From positions 1 through 30,101 of IMG/VR virus record IMGVR_UViG_3300038318_000222: DNA of 30,101 bases; one strand, given 5' to 3'. The translations under genes and the position numbers were made by a program. Positions within the stretch are counted from its first letter, which is position 1. Every line of letters starts with the position of its first letter. Shown here piece by piece: positions 1 through 10,283 of this stretch. The stretch comes from a virus (taxonomy: Duplodnaviria > Caudoviricetes). A model generated the notes under the pieces. It was given only the letters and a program-made list of their open reading frames with translations. It searched no databases and was not told the origin of the DNA.

Positions 1-43
1 ACAAGATTTTTAAAACAAAACCTAAGCGAAAGTAGGTGATAAA

Positions 44-1330
44 TTGGGAGTAATACAAAAATTTTTTAGTAGGTTTATAAGAGCTAAGCCAATAACAGAT
101 AGTCGAGTGGCTGTGCAGACAATATCAACACCTAGCATATTAACATTGCGGAATGACTTATATGATGTTAGCGAAATTAGAACGGGTATTAATAAAACTG
201 CTAATCATTTTGCAAGAATTAAATTTCATCATCTTAGATATAATCGAGATGGGCATTATGAAACATTAAGAGATAGTTTCGAGTACTGTTTAAATTTGAG
301 GGCAAATCCTTACCAATCGGCTTTTGATTTTAAACAGAAATTAGCTACTCTTTTTTATTTAGGGCAAGATATTTTCGTTAACCCTAAATGGTCGATTGAT
401 ACAGTTAGACCGCGCCTAGATAGTTTAGAAATAATCGACTATTACGGCTATGAAGTCGGAATTAATACTGCAAATATGGAAATTGTAATTAAATTTTATC
501 TCAAGGACGGTAAAACCGAGATGTATTACTTTAGGGATTTAATTTTTATTCAACGTTTCCCACAAGGACTCAACCCAACCAATAATCAAAACAACAAACG
601 GACTATCCATGATTGGCTAACGGTTGCGACCGGCATTAAAAACGCAATCTTAAAAGCAAGCGATAAAACGGGTGATATTTCGATCATTGTACTAACCGAA
701 CAAAATTTAAAGGGCAAGCATTATGAAGAAAAGATTAAAGAAATAAACGATCAAGTAGAAACGAGTAAGAATGGGGTTGTGTTTATTGGTGGCGCAACAT
801 CAAAAGAAGTAGTAACAACCAATCCTAATGTTAATCAGCCTAACCCGCGCTTAGTCGATGACATTATCGATAACATTTACCGTTTTTATGATACTAATAA
901 AAAAATAGTCAGTGGCGAAGCAACCGACATCGAGTTCGAACAATATGTTGACAGTTCGATAAAGCCACTTGCGGAAAAAACCGAACAAGCGTTAACCTAT
1001 GCGTTTTTTAGTCGTGAAGCAATCGATAAAGGTAACATGATCAAGGCAAACATGGTTGATGTACAAATTGCTACATTATCAGCTAAGACAAGTTACTTTA
1101 AAGAAATGGTTTGGGCAGGAGTATTGTTGCCAGACGAAGCTCGGGAAGAAATCGGCAAACCACCATATCCAAACGGATTAGGTAAAGTACCTATCACAAA
1201 CAAAAACACGCAGACTATAGAAAATATGCTAAAAGGGGGTGACAAAAAAGATGATAGTAAAAAGACAGACAATGCAAATGCCGACGATAGTAACGAGGGA
1301 GGACCAGGAGAAGCAAATGAAAACAGTTAG
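44..1330 (+). CDS. Phage portal protein (HK97-like)
   Basis: 428 aa, first gene of head module; LNLRANPYQSAFDF and C-terminal GVLLPDEAREEIGKPP portal-like motifs; TTG start after AGGTGA. Confidence 0.9.
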   Translation: MGVIQKFFSRFIRAKPITDSRVAVQTISTPSILTLRNDLYDVSEIRTGINKTANHFARIKFHHLRYNRDGHYETLRDSFEYCLNLRANPYQSAFDFKQKLATLFYLGQDIFVNPKWSIDTVRPRLDSLEIIDYYGYEVGINTANMEIVIKFYLKDGKTEMYYFRDLIFIQRFPQGLNPTNNQNNKRTIHDWLTVATGIKNAILKASDKTGDISIIVLTEQNLKGKHYEEKIKEINDQVETSKNGVVFIGGATSKEVVTTNPNVNQPNPRLVDDIIDNIYRFYDTNKKIVSGEATDIEFEQYVDSSIKPLAEKTEQALTYAFFSREAIDKGNMIKANMVDVQIATLSAKTSYFKEMVWAGVLLPDEAREEIGKPPYPNGLGKVPITNKNTQTIENMLKGGDKKDDSKKTDNANADDSNEGGPGEANENS

Positions 1331-1835
1331 AGGGTACGCAATAGTATTTGAAAGTGGGGCGCCTGCTGATTGGCTTGGTGAGGGTTGGCAAGAGCAAGTA
1401 AGCAAGGCAGCATTTGATGATATTGACATATCTAGAACAATGGTTTTATTTGGTCACACTAGTTTAATGCCGGTAGGCAGAAATATGATAAATGCTCGTA
1501 TTGAAAAAGATGATACGGGTATTTTTTGTGAGGTAGATTTACCGAACGTCAGCTATGCTAATGACCTTTACGAACTTGTAAGAGCAAAAATCATTGAAGG
1601 TATGAGCTTTGCGGCAATGCCTAGTAAATGGAGTTTTGACGAAGAAAACAAAATGATGACTTGGGAAAAATTTGAGGACTTGCAAGAGGTATCATTTGTC
1701 ACTTTCCCGTTTTATGAGCAAACAACGGCAATTGCAAAAGAATTAGAACCAATTAAAAAAGAACTTGAATTAAAACAAAAAGAAGCGGAGAAAACCGCAG
1801 ATGAAATCGAAAAATTATTAAAGGAGATGATTTAA
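1317..1835 (+). CDS. HK97-family prohead maturation protease
   Basis: VRGYAIVFE, LFGH, GMSFA, LQEVSFVTFPFYEQT motifs; start moved to ATG 1317 (preceded by AGGAG) from 1239. Confidence 0.9.
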   Translation: MKTVRGYAIVFESGAPADWLGEGWQEQVSKAAFDDIDISRTMVLFGHTSLMPVGRNMINARIEKDDTGIFCEVDLPNVSYANDLYELVRAKIIEGMSFAAMPSKWSFDEENKMMTWEKFEDLQEVSFVTFPFYEQTTAIAKELEPIKKELELKQKEAEKTADEIEKLLKEMI

Positions 1836-3107
1836 TTGTTAACTCAAAGAGAATTAACAGAAAAACAAGCAAGACGTAATGCGATCCTCAAAGAAAAAGA
1901 GGATATCCTTGCTAAAACAAAATTACATCGTGAAAACCCTACGAAAGAGGGTAACGAGGAATTAAAAACATTTATTACACGATCTAAGGAATTAGCTGAT
2001 GAATTACAAAAAATCGACGCAGAACTTCAAGCTGACGAGGTAGAACGTGGCGCTCAAAATATCATAATTAAAAAAAATAAAGGAGGAAAAGAAAATATGA
2101 ACTTTGAAAACATGACTCGCGAAGAAAAACGAGCAACAACAATTTATCGTGACGCATTTTATAAAAATATATTTAAAGATGTGTTGCAAAAACAAGGTGT
2201 TTATAAAGAATTATCCGAAGATGAAAAAACAATTTACCGTACAGTTACCGACCTAAATGCTGAATCAGTTGAGGCGGGCGCAGATGTTTTGTTACCTTTA
2301 ACAACCGTTAACAAAATCCAATCAATCATGCAGGATGTTGGTATTATTTGGGATTTAATTCCTAACAAGACTAATTTTAAAGGTAATGTAAATTTACCAA
2401 TCGGATCACGTACAGGAGAAGACCCTAACGCTGACGGAGTAGCTCAATTGAAATATACTTTTACAGATTTAGAAATCAAACAAACTGCAATCATTGCTGA
2501 AATTAAAGTGCAAAACTTACTTTTAACAAATGCGATTGAAGATTTAGAAAATTATTTAGCAAGAGAATCAGCTAAATATCTAAAAGAGCAATTAGATTTT
2601 AATGTAACTACTGGAAATCCTGTACCTGGAATATTTGATGGTTTATTAGGAGTGAGTGTCCCAGAGCCTTATGGCGCACAAGTTGGAGATGATCCGACTT
2701 ATGCCGACATCATGGCGACAGAAGGAAGCATGAAAACAGCGTATGCAAAAGGAGCCAGATGGTTGATGAACCGTAAAACTTATTTTAATAAATTTAAAAC
2801 CATGACTGACCCTAATGGTAACTTGTTAGCTTCAACAATTCCATTTACTCAAGGAAATCTTGCAAGCCCTATGTATTTACTTGACGGCGTCGCATGCGAC
2901 CATTCGGACGATATTCCAGACAATGAATTCTTGTTATGGAATCCAAACTACTATATTGTAAATGTATCTAAAAATATTACAGTATCAGTTAATACATCAA
3001 TTTACGAAAATAAAGATCAAACAGCATGGTACGCTAAAATTTATGCAGGTGGTCGTATCTTGTTCCCGGAAGAGACAGTTAAATATCGTATTCCAACCAC
3101 TGTATAA
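1836..3107 (+). CDS. Major capsid protein, HK97 fold with N-terminal delta (scaffold) domain
   Basis: Coiled-coil N-terminus, ARWLMNRKTY and LDGVAC motifs, position after protease. Confidence 0.9.
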   Translation: MLTQRELTEKQARRNAILKEKEDILAKTKLHRENPTKEGNEELKTFITRSKELADELQKIDAELQADEVERGAQNIIIKKNKGGKENMNFENMTREEKRATTIYRDAFYKNIFKDVLQKQGVYKELSEDEKTIYRTVTDLNAESVEAGADVLLPLTTVNKIQSIMQDVGIIWDLIPNKTNFKGNVNLPIGSRTGEDPNADGVAQLKYTFTDLEIKQTAIIAEIKVQNLLLTNAIEDLENYLARESAKYLKEQLDFNVTTGNPVPGIFDGLLGVSVPEPYGAQVGDDPTYADIMATEGSMKTAYAKGARWLMNRKTYFNKFKTMTDPNGNLLASTIPFTQGNLASPMYLLDGVACDHSDDIPDNEFLLWNPNYYIVNVSKNITVSVNTSIYENKDQTAWYAKIYAGGRILFPEETVKYRIPTTV

Positions 3108-3122
3108 AAGGAGTGACACTCC

Positions 3123-3419
3123 ATGATTGATTTTGTAACTTTAACCTCAAACGTTATGTGTAACATGGGTTTAAGAGAAGACAGTCTAGACGCTAATTAT
3201 AAGAAAAAAATAGCAAATGACGTAAAAACAGCCGTCTTAGAATTTAAGGCGGCTGGAGTCATTGAGCCAGCGATAGAAAGTCAAATAGGGGTAACTGCGA
3301 TTGCTATTATTTGTAATGATTTACTAAACGTTGAAAGTGGAAATATAAAAATCTCAAAAGCATACATGTACTACATACCGATTTTACAAGCTTTAACCGA
3401 AGAGGATTTGATGACATGA
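3123..3419 (+). CDS. Head-tail connector (adaptor, gp6/gp15-like)
   Basis: 98 aa helical protein directly after capsid; synteny. Confidence 0.65.
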   Translation: MIDFVTLTSNVMCNMGLREDSLDANYKKKIANDVKTAVLEFKAAGVIEPAIESQIGVTAIAIICNDLLNVESGNIKISKAYMYYIPILQALTEEDLMT

Positions 3420-3763
3420 AGTTAGATACATTAGCAACATTTTATGTAGTTGATAGCGTGCTCGATGAAACGACAGGGAAAAGATATAAGGCTATTATTA
3501 GCAGCCAAATAGAAATGGTATCAAATGAAGAGGTTGGTGCGGAAACCTATTACAGTGCTTACACACATAATGTAAAATTAACCCGCACGATCCAAATGCG
3601 GAAAATGAGTTATAACGGTCAGCAATATGTCAAGGTAGAAGATACAGTCTATCAAGTGACAAGAGTTGCAAAAGGAATAACCCCACAATTTATTAAATTA
3701 CCCTTAACATTGTGTACTGATAAAGAGGTGGTGGGTATAATTGGCGAACATAGCATTAATTGA
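3416..3763 (+). CDS. Head closure/stopper protein (SPP1 gp16-like)
   Basis: 115 aa beta-rich; VGAETYYSA...YNGQQYVKVEDTVYQV pattern; synteny. Confidence 0.7.
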   Translation: MKLDTLATFYVVDSVLDETTGKRYKAIISSQIEMVSNEEVGAETYYSAYTHNVKLTRTIQMRKMSYNGQQYVKVEDTVYQVTRVAKGITPQFIKLPLTLCTDKEVVGIIGEHSIN

Positions 3764-4157
3764 TTTAAATAAAGAATTAGGAAAATACATTGAGGAATTC
3801 GTGGACACTTACGAAAAAGAATTAACTGTTACGCTTGATAATACGATGGGAATGATTGCGCGGGACTTCGGAGATAAATTGTATTGGCCGACACCAATTA
3901 GTAAAGGTGATGGTGGGAAGTATGGACACTTACGCGACAATATAACCATTAGCGGAAAACATAAGGACGGGAAGAAAAGCTTCTTAGTGCATTTTGGCAA
4001 AAAAGGTTGGCTGTCTACCCTAATGGAATATGGTTGGCATGCAAGAAACGGTAAACTTGTAAAAAGAGAACCGTTTATCCGCCCTACATTTGAAAAAAAC
4101 AAAGAACTATATGTCAGATGGATAAAGGAAGAAGTCCAACGGCAAATGGGAGGTTGA
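3741..4157 (+). CDS. HK97 gp10-family neck/tail completion protein
   Basis: TP..GHLRDNI, LMEYG, EPFIRPTFE motifs. Confidence 0.8.
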   Translation: MANIALIDLNKELGKYIEEFVDTYEKELTVTLDNTMGMIARDFGDKLYWPTPISKGDGGKYGHLRDNITISGKHKDGKKSFLVHFGKKGWLSTLMEYGWHARNGKLVKREPFIRPTFEKNKELYVRWIKEEVQRQMGG

Positions 4158-4158
4158 A

Positions 4159-4512
4159 ATGTATTCAAAAAAAATATGGGAAATCCTAAAACCTATTGCA
4201 AATGAAATTGACATCTATGAGGAGACAGTAAACGAGGACCCGACAACTTTAGAAGGCAGTTATATTGTGTATATCACAGATGTAACTAATACCCCGCATG
4301 TAAGAGCAGATGGAGACGTTATTATAAGGTCTAGCAACTGCGAAGTAGTAGTTTTTACAAATGGAAATGCAAACGATCCGGATAACAAAAAGTATGTGAA
4401 CATGGTTGAGGATTTACTTATCCAAAACGGAATTAGTTATAACAAATTAAACTTAGGTTTTAATAGTGATTTGGGACGGTCTCAAGTCACTTTTGATTTT
4501 TACTTAAATTAA
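4159..4512 (+). CDS. Tail terminator protein
   Basis: 117 aa with YIVY motif, immediately before major tail protein. Confidence 0.65.
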   Translation: MYSKKIWEILKPIANEIDIYEETVNEDPTTLEGSYIVYITDVTNTPHVRADGDVIIRSSNCEVVVFTNGNANDPDNKKYVNMVEDLLIQNGISYNKLNLGFNSDLGRSQVTFDFYLN

Positions 4513-4527
4513 AAGGAGGAAAAACAA

Positions 4528-5148
4528 ATGTCAAAAATATTAAAATTCAATGTAAAAAATGCTAAATATGCACTGCCTGATGTAGCAGGGAGTTATGAAA
4601 CAGCTGAGATTAAACCTCTCGGTGGCGCGGCTAATTTATCGTTAGAACGACAATTTTCAGAACAAGAAATCTATGAAGATGGTCAGATTACTTATGTAGT
4701 ACCGTCTGATAAAGGGCAAAACGGAACATTAGGACTCGTTACATTACATGATGATTATGAAATCGCTATGGGCAGAAAAATGGAAGTTGAGGGCGGAATT
4801 GCAGATGTCGAGCAAATAGGAAGCGTACCTCATGCTATTTATTTTGAGACTAGCGGGCTTAACGAAAGTAAACAACGTATAACTATTAAAAATTGGTTAT
4901 TAAATGTTACATCAGCAGCTCCGTCTGAAAGCTATGAGCAAGATACAGAAAATATCAATCCTCAAAACTACTCAATGGCGCTTAATATATTAGGTGTAAA
5001 CTTAATGGATAGCACAGGCTCGGCAGAATATATCGACGAAAACGGCAATACTCGCAGAGTTACTCGATTAACATCAACACCAACGGACACTAACTACGCA
5101 ACATTCCAAGATACTGTACCAACTCCAAAAGTAAAGGTGGAAGCGTAG
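4528..5148 (+). CDS. Major tail tube protein (phi13-like)
   Basis: KFNVKNAKYA, GAANLSL, IYEDG, WLLNV..P motifs; strong AAGGAGG RBS. Confidence 0.85.
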   Translation: MSKILKFNVKNAKYALPDVAGSYETAEIKPLGGAANLSLERQFSEQEIYEDGQITYVVPSDKGQNGTLGLVTLHDDYEIAMGRKMEVEGGIADVEQIGSVPHAIYFETSGLNESKQRITIKNWLLNVTSAAPSESYEQDTENINPQNYSMALNILGVNLMDSTGSAEYIDENGNTRRVTRLTSTPTDTNYATFQDTVPTPKVKVEA

Positions 5149-5475
5149 ATGTTAGTAACTTTACCAAGTAAAAATGGCAACATTGATTTTGAGCTAGATA
5201 CTTCTGCTTATGCCGACTATCGTTTCGAGGTTAATTTTGCTAAAGAATTACAATGCACTTTTCAAGAATTTGTACAGAGAATAGCGAAGCAAAAAGCGCA
5301 AGCAAAAGTAAATTATCTAGGCATATTAAAAATCTTATATTGTTATCTCGAAAGTGACAAAGCTCCTACTTTTATATCTTTTATTAAATTATTCGATATT
5401 AATCACGCTGAAGAAATGCTAAAGAAATTAACGGAAGTATTAGAACAATCGTTTAAATCAGCAGTAAAAAACTAG
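5149..5475 (+). CDS. Tail assembly chaperone (gpG-like)
   Basis: Between tail tube and tape measure; ends in slippery A AAA AAC. Confidence 0.8.
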   Translation: MLVTLPSKNGNIDFELDTSAYADYRFEVNFAKELQCTFQEFVQRIAKQKAQAKVNYLGILKILYCYLESDKAPTFISFIKLFDINHAEEMLKKLTEVLEQSFKSAVKN

Positions 5476-5551
5476 AATGGCACGTTACTAACTTATCTAA
5501 CTTATCACGAAAAATAAAAGGTGGTAGCAAGGAAAAAGGTGGTAACGTGCC
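5466..5551 (+). other. Programmed -1 ribosomal frameshift signal (slippery heptamer plus stem)
   Basis: A-AAA-AAC at 5466-5472; -1 frame is open from 5466 into ORF 5547-5777; GGCACGTTAC (5479-5488) pairs perfectly with GTAACGTGCC (5542-5551). Confidence 0.85.
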
Positions 5552-5777
5552 TTTTATTTTAACAATATTAAAATTATGTAAAAAATATGGAATAGAGCAT
5601 GGCATGATTAAGGAACTATCCTACAATGATTTGCTTTATCTAATAATTGATTTTCAAAAAGATGAAATCGAAACTTATTTACAATCACAAAAGAAAAATC
5701 AAGATGAAGTACATTACCCAGATGATGAGGAATTAACAAGATTTTTATGTGGGAACTTACCACAAGGAGGTGACTAA
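5472..5777 (+). CDS. Tail chaperone gpT portion of frameshift fusion gpGT
   Basis: -1 frame LEWHVTNLSNLSRKIKGGSKEKGGNVPFIL... continuous to stop at 5777. Confidence 0.75.
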   Translation, partial: LEWHVTNLSNLSRKIKGGSKEKGGNVPFILTILKLCKKYGIEHGMIKELSYNDLLYLIIDFQKDEIETYLQSQKKNQDEVHYPDDEELTRFLCGNLPQGGD

Positions 5778-7865
5778 ATGGCAGATAATAACATCAAAGG
5801 GTTAACAATTGAATTTAATGCGGATACATCGAAATTTAAATCACAAATGAATAAATTTAACAAAGATTTGAGCGAAACACGAAAAGAGTCGAAAGCATTA
5901 AGTGATAGCTTAAAATTTGAATGGAACCCCGACAAGTTTTTAAAAGCACAAGACACAGCAAAAAAGGCAATCGAGAAAACAGAAGAAAAAGCACAAGTGC
6001 TAAGAGATAGACTTAGAGCAATGGAAGAACACGGAATAAGAACTGACAAGCAAAAAGCGGAATTGCAGAAATGGCAGACCGAATTAGCTTACACAGAAAA
6101 AAGTTTAGGGTATTTACAGAATGAATTAAAAAAACTTAATAATGTAAAAATGGAACACTTACAGAAACAGTTTACCGATCTAGGCGAAAAAATATCTAAA
6201 GCAGGACAACTGATGTTACCCGTATCAGCAGCAGCAGGATCCATTGTTGCTGGCTTAGGTACCATGGGCATTAAAGCAGTAAGCACCGCAGATGACATCG
6301 CAACTCTAGCAGTTCAGCTAGGCGTATCTAATGAACAACTACAACGATTTGAATATATTGCTATGCAAACTGACGTATCAAATGAACGAATGATAAAAGG
6401 CTTTACTAAATTAAGAACTGCAGTCGGTCAATCCTTGATGGGTGCATCAAACATGGCAACAAAGGCATTAGACCAACTAGGGTTTAGTGTTGAAAACTTG
6501 CAAGGAAAATCAGATGAGCAAATATTTCAAGAAGTAATAGCGCAACTAGGTCAAGTTAGTAGCTCATCAGAACAAGCAGCTTTAATGAGTCAAATATTTG
6601 GCGAAAGAGTTGCTACTGACTTAATCCCTTTAGTCAAAACTGGAGCGGGTACGCTTGCAGAACTCAATGCCGAATTTGAAGCAAGCGGATATTTAACAGA
6701 TGAGCAAGTAGATAAATTAGCTGAATTTGATAACGTAATGAACAGAATAAAACAAAGTATTAAAAATGCAGCGGCACAAATTGGGAGCGCAATGCTACCA
6801 GTAATGGAATTAATAGCAGAATTTATGGAAACAAAAGTAATCCCACCATTACAAAAATTTACTGGTTGGTTTAGTAATCTATCAGACGGAACAAAAACCG
6901 CAATAGTAGCGGTTGGCGGAATAGTTGCTGCAATCGCCCCACTTTTATTAATTGGTGGCAAACTTACATCGGGCGTCGGCAAGCTGTTGCCTTTAATATC
7001 AAAAATTGGTCCAGCAGTGCAGGGAGCATTAGGACCAGTCGGAATTATCTTAGGAATACTTACCCTGCTTTACACAACTAACGAAAATTTCAGAAACTCA
7101 ATTAATGATTTAATCGGAACACTTATGTCGTCGCTTGCACCAATCTTGTCAACGTTGGGTGAGGTATTTAATCAATTAATGGCAGCAATAGGACCTGTTG
7201 TTACCTTGTTAGGTGACGCATTAGGTCAAGCGATTGGTGTATTAATGCCAATACTCGACAGTTTACTTGCAATCCTTATGCCAATTGTAAATATCTTCAT
7301 ACAAAAATTTGTAACACAAATTAAAATGCTATCAAACTTTATCCAAATTTTAGTCGCAGTATTACAACCATTAATCGTTATTTTAAATGACGTGTTAAGT
7401 GCTGTTTTACAAACAATTGTTATGCCGATATTGTCTGCATTAATGTCAATGATAGGCGGTATTACTGATTTAATTAGTCCACTCATATCATGGGTGGGTG
7501 ATTTAACGGATAAATTTAAAAATTTAGTAGTTAAAGCATTAAAACCAGTCTCCGACGCTTTAGGTTTTATTTGGGGGCTGCTTAAATCAATACTGGGTAT
7601 TAAAGATGAAGACGTTGATATTAAAGTAAATTATAAAACTGATGATTTAGGAGTTACAAACCAAATAGCGCAACAAGAAGCGATGAAAGGCATAATCACT
7701 AATAACAACCAAGCGTTGTCTAACACGTCAAACACTACAAGCAATTACACGGACAACTCCACAAAAAACATTGAAATCCATGTAACCGTTGAAAATTATG
7801 CTCAAGAAGTTGATATTGACAACATGGTTGAGCAAATAAACAGAAAACTAGCAGAACAATTTTAG
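5778..7865 (+). CDS. Tape measure protein
   Basis: 695 aa, IKGLTIEFNADT N-terminus, coiled coil, then periodic hydrophobic Pro/Gly/Leu repeats. Confidence 0.92.
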   Translation: MADNNIKGLTIEFNADTSKFKSQMNKFNKDLSETRKESKALSDSLKFEWNPDKFLKAQDTAKKAIEKTEEKAQVLRDRLRAMEEHGIRTDKQKAELQKWQTELAYTEKSLGYLQNELKKLNNVKMEHLQKQFTDLGEKISKAGQLMLPVSAAAGSIVAGLGTMGIKAVSTADDIATLAVQLGVSNEQLQRFEYIAMQTDVSNERMIKGFTKLRTAVGQSLMGASNMATKALDQLGFSVENLQGKSDEQIFQEVIAQLGQVSSSSEQAALMSQIFGERVATDLIPLVKTGAGTLAELNAEFEASGYLTDEQVDKLAEFDNVMNRIKQSIKNAAAQIGSAMLPVMELIAEFMETKVIPPLQKFTGWFSNLSDGTKTAIVAVGGIVAAIAPLLLIGGKLTSGVGKLLPLISKIGPAVQGALGPVGIILGILTLLYTTNENFRNSINDLIGTLMSSLAPILSTLGEVFNQLMAAIGPVVTLLGDALGQAIGVLMPILDSLLAILMPIVNIFIQKFVTQIKMLSNFIQILVAVLQPLIVILNDVLSAVLQTIVMPILSALMSMIGGITDLISPLISWVGDLTDKFKNLVVKALKPVSDALGFIWGLLKSILGIKDEDVDIKVNYKTDDLGVTNQIAQQEAMKGIITNNNQALSNTSNTTSNYTDNSTKNIEIHVTVENYAQEVDIDNMVEQINRKLAEQF

Positions 7866-7875
7866 GAGGTGGGGA

Positions 7876-8724
7876 ATGCGAAAACTAAAATTATGGAATA
7901 GAGATAAAACACAAATCATTAATTTAAATGCCCGCGAAAACTTAGCCACAAATTGGCAAGGATTAGGATTAGATTATAATCTTACTTTTGCAGAAACCAA
8001 CGAGGGAGGCTATTTAGAAAACAAAAAAATATCTAATAAAGACATAAAATGTACTATAATTTTCGGGCTAAACTCGAACGCATATCAAAATTATAATTCC
8101 TTTAACGACGTTATCAGGAATAGCAATAACAACTTAATATTAGAGTATAACGACGGGATTAAGACACTTTATCGTGACGTCAGTGTGAGGTCATTAACTA
8201 AAAATGAAAAAGATAATTTTAACTTACTAAAATGCGAACTAACATTAATGCCAATCGGTGGGTGGTATTTTGATGATGTAATAAGATTTATAGCACCAGG
8301 TGCAGAAACGGAGCCTGGATGGGATTTCTCGCGTATTAAAGGTGAAAAACATATTAAAATAGAAATTAACTTTTTTTTAGAGACAGCTGGCTTAATTTCC
8401 CTTCTTGATCTTGAAATCGGTTTAGAAACTTCAAGTGAAAAATTTCCGTTTATACGATTTTCGAGCGTGGATATAGGGCATGCGCTAAATGATACAATTG
8501 TAATAGATGGTATCAAAAAAGAAATGTACCTCCTGATTTGGGACATCCAATATGGGCGAACAGTAAAAAATATCTATGGGACACATGATTTTGATTATCA
8601 AAGTTTTATGGTGATACCAGATGTTGGATTACCTGATGGCTTACGGTTTTATGTTACTTTTATAGACCCGTCTGGAAACGAAAATACTGGGAATGTAAAA
8701 ATAACTATAAGGAGGTATGTATAA
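7876..8724 (+). CDS. Distal tail (Dit)-like baseplate protein
   Basis: Follows TMP; GLGLDY, LEY..LYRDVSVRSLTK, WY motifs. Confidence 0.7.
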   Translation: MRKLKLWNRDKTQIINLNARENLATNWQGLGLDYNLTFAETNEGGYLENKKISNKDIKCTIIFGLNSNAYQNYNSFNDVIRNSNNNLILEYNDGIKTLYRDVSVRSLTKNEKDNFNLLKCELTLMPIGGWYFDDVIRFIAPGAETEPGWDFSRIKGEKHIKIEINFFLETAGLISLLDLEIGLETSSEKFPFIRFSSVDIGHALNDTIVIDGIKKEMYLLIWDIQYGRTVKNIYGTHDFDYQSFMVIPDVGLPDGLRFYVTFIDPSGNENTGNVKITIRRYV

Positions 8725-10283
8725 TGTATGTATCTCTTTTTGATATTGATTTAAACCACATAACAAACTTATCAAACATAACTGGTACTCTAATAACTAA
8801 AGTTTATGATTTTGATGAGATTAAATTAAGTGGTAACGATACTATGGGAGCAAATATTAATGAGCTCAACCAAGCGAAATGGTTTAGAATAAATGAAGAT
8901 GATGGAGCAGAAATATATAGCGGGTTAGTTTATAAGGTAAAAAAAATAGGGAACATCGTTGAGATAATCGGGGAAGATTTTCGGGAAATATTAAGTAATG
9001 AAATAGTGCTTGATTTTGTAGTAAGTACACCCCCAACATCTGTTTTTAAATTATTTGATCTCATATCAAATTATTTTATAAATACCGCTGATATTACACT
9101 AAATAAAATACCCCTTGAATTTATTAATTATGGTGACTCTGCAAATATAACAAATTTATTTGGCGACCCATCGGGGAACATTATTGCCACGAATGCCTAT
9201 ACGTACTTATTACCGTATATTAAATACTTTGAATATATGTTACACTCTCGTTTTGATTGGGGAGCAAAAAAAATTATATTTGGATTTACTAAAACTAGAA
9301 ATTATCACAGTATCAAATTAAGAGATTTTGAACATAAGTTATCTAGTAATGAACCAAATGTAAACAAGGCAATCGCAATTTTAAAATTTGCCGAATTCGG
9401 TTACGAGTGGGTAAAACAAGAATATGGTTATGCGTGGGAAGATGTTATGCCGTTAACCACACAATATTCTGCAATACTGCCAAGCGGCGACGACACAAAT
9501 AGGTGGGTAAAAACAGGAAATACTCAATACATTTATAAATGGGTGCTGCAAGAAATTTATTATGATACAATTCCGCCTATAAAAAACACTTGTCCTACTG
9601 GGTATGTTAAGGTTGCTAATCCAGATTTAACCTTTTCATGTGTTAGCACTACCGCCGAATGGCGTAATGTTACGCCGGAACAATATGTGTGGTCAGTAAC
9701 AAAACCAAATGCAGATGATGGGTATAGATGGGTACAGGAGGGCGACTCAAACATCATCTTCGAATGGAAACTTCAACAACTGGTCGATAAATGGGTAAAT
9801 GTCGAGCCGAAAGAAACGCAGTTGTCTCCAACACAACCCGAAGAAAGTGATCCGAATTTTCAATGGGTCATGACGGGTGAAACACAAGCTCCACTAGGGG
9901 CAACAAGATACTATTACCTTACTAATGACAATCAAATCGTAGAATCGGACCAATACGGCAATATCCCTAACCGTTATTACCCTGTAAAAACAAAAATATT
10001 TATTGAAGATTATTTAGCGCACGCCCAACAACAAGCAGTGTACGAACTAGCGAATAATAGATATGTTGACTCAATTATGATTGACGCAAATAGCCCTTTA
10101 AACCCGATCGATTTATCAAAAGTCGGGTTGTTTGATTTAATTGAGATTTACGATACAGATTATCAAAAAACATTACCTGTATCTGAAAAACATTTGAAAA
10201 TTAGCGAGAAAGGAATTGAATTTAAATTAAAGCTAGGATTTAAAAAAGAAAGGTTAACTGAAATAATAAGGTACACGACATGA
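8724..10283 (+). CDS. Baseplate hub/tail tip (Tal-like) protein with inserted Trp-rich repeats
   Basis: Follows Dit; C-terminal VGLFDLIEIYD...LKLGF hub motif; three internal W-rich repeats. Confidence 0.65.
   Translation: MYVSLFDIDLNHITNLSNITGTLITKVYDFDEIKLSGNDTMGANINELNQAKWFRINEDDGAEIYSGLVYKVKKIGNIVEIIGEDFREILSNEIVLDFVVSTPPTSVFKLFDLISNYFINTADITLNKIPLEFINYGDSANITNLFGDPSGNIIATNAYTYLLPYIKYFEYMLHSRFDWGAKKIIFGFTKTRNYHSIKLRDFEHKLSSNEPNVNKAIAILKFAEFGYEWVKQEYGYAWEDVMPLTTQYSAILPSGDDTNRWVKTGNTQYIYKWVLQEIYYDTIPPIKNTCPTGYVKVANPDLTFSCVSTTAEWRNVTPEQYVWSVTKPNADDGYRWVQEGDSNIIFEWKLQQLVDKWVNVEPKETQLSPTQPEESDPNFQWVMTGETQAPLGATRYYYLTNDNQIVESDQYGNIPNRYYPVKTKIFIEDYLAHAQQQAVYELANNRYVDSIMIDANSPLNPIDLSKVGLFDLIEIYDTDYQKTLPVSEKHLKISEKGIEFKLKLGFKKERLTEIIRYTT

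Noticed and set aside
1239-1316. Upstream extension of the protease ORF
   Set aside because: Long overlap with portal; ATG 1317 has an RBS and begins at the conserved domain
6900-7620. Hydrophobic periodic region as a separate membrane protein or novel repeat
   Set aside because: Ordinary tape measure repeat composition
1215-9757. Minus-strand ORFs overlapping the structural genes (e.g. 1215-1397, 3809-4168, 6590-6982, 8169-8546)
   Set aside because: Antisense shadows of well-supported genes, without RBS or recognisable motifs
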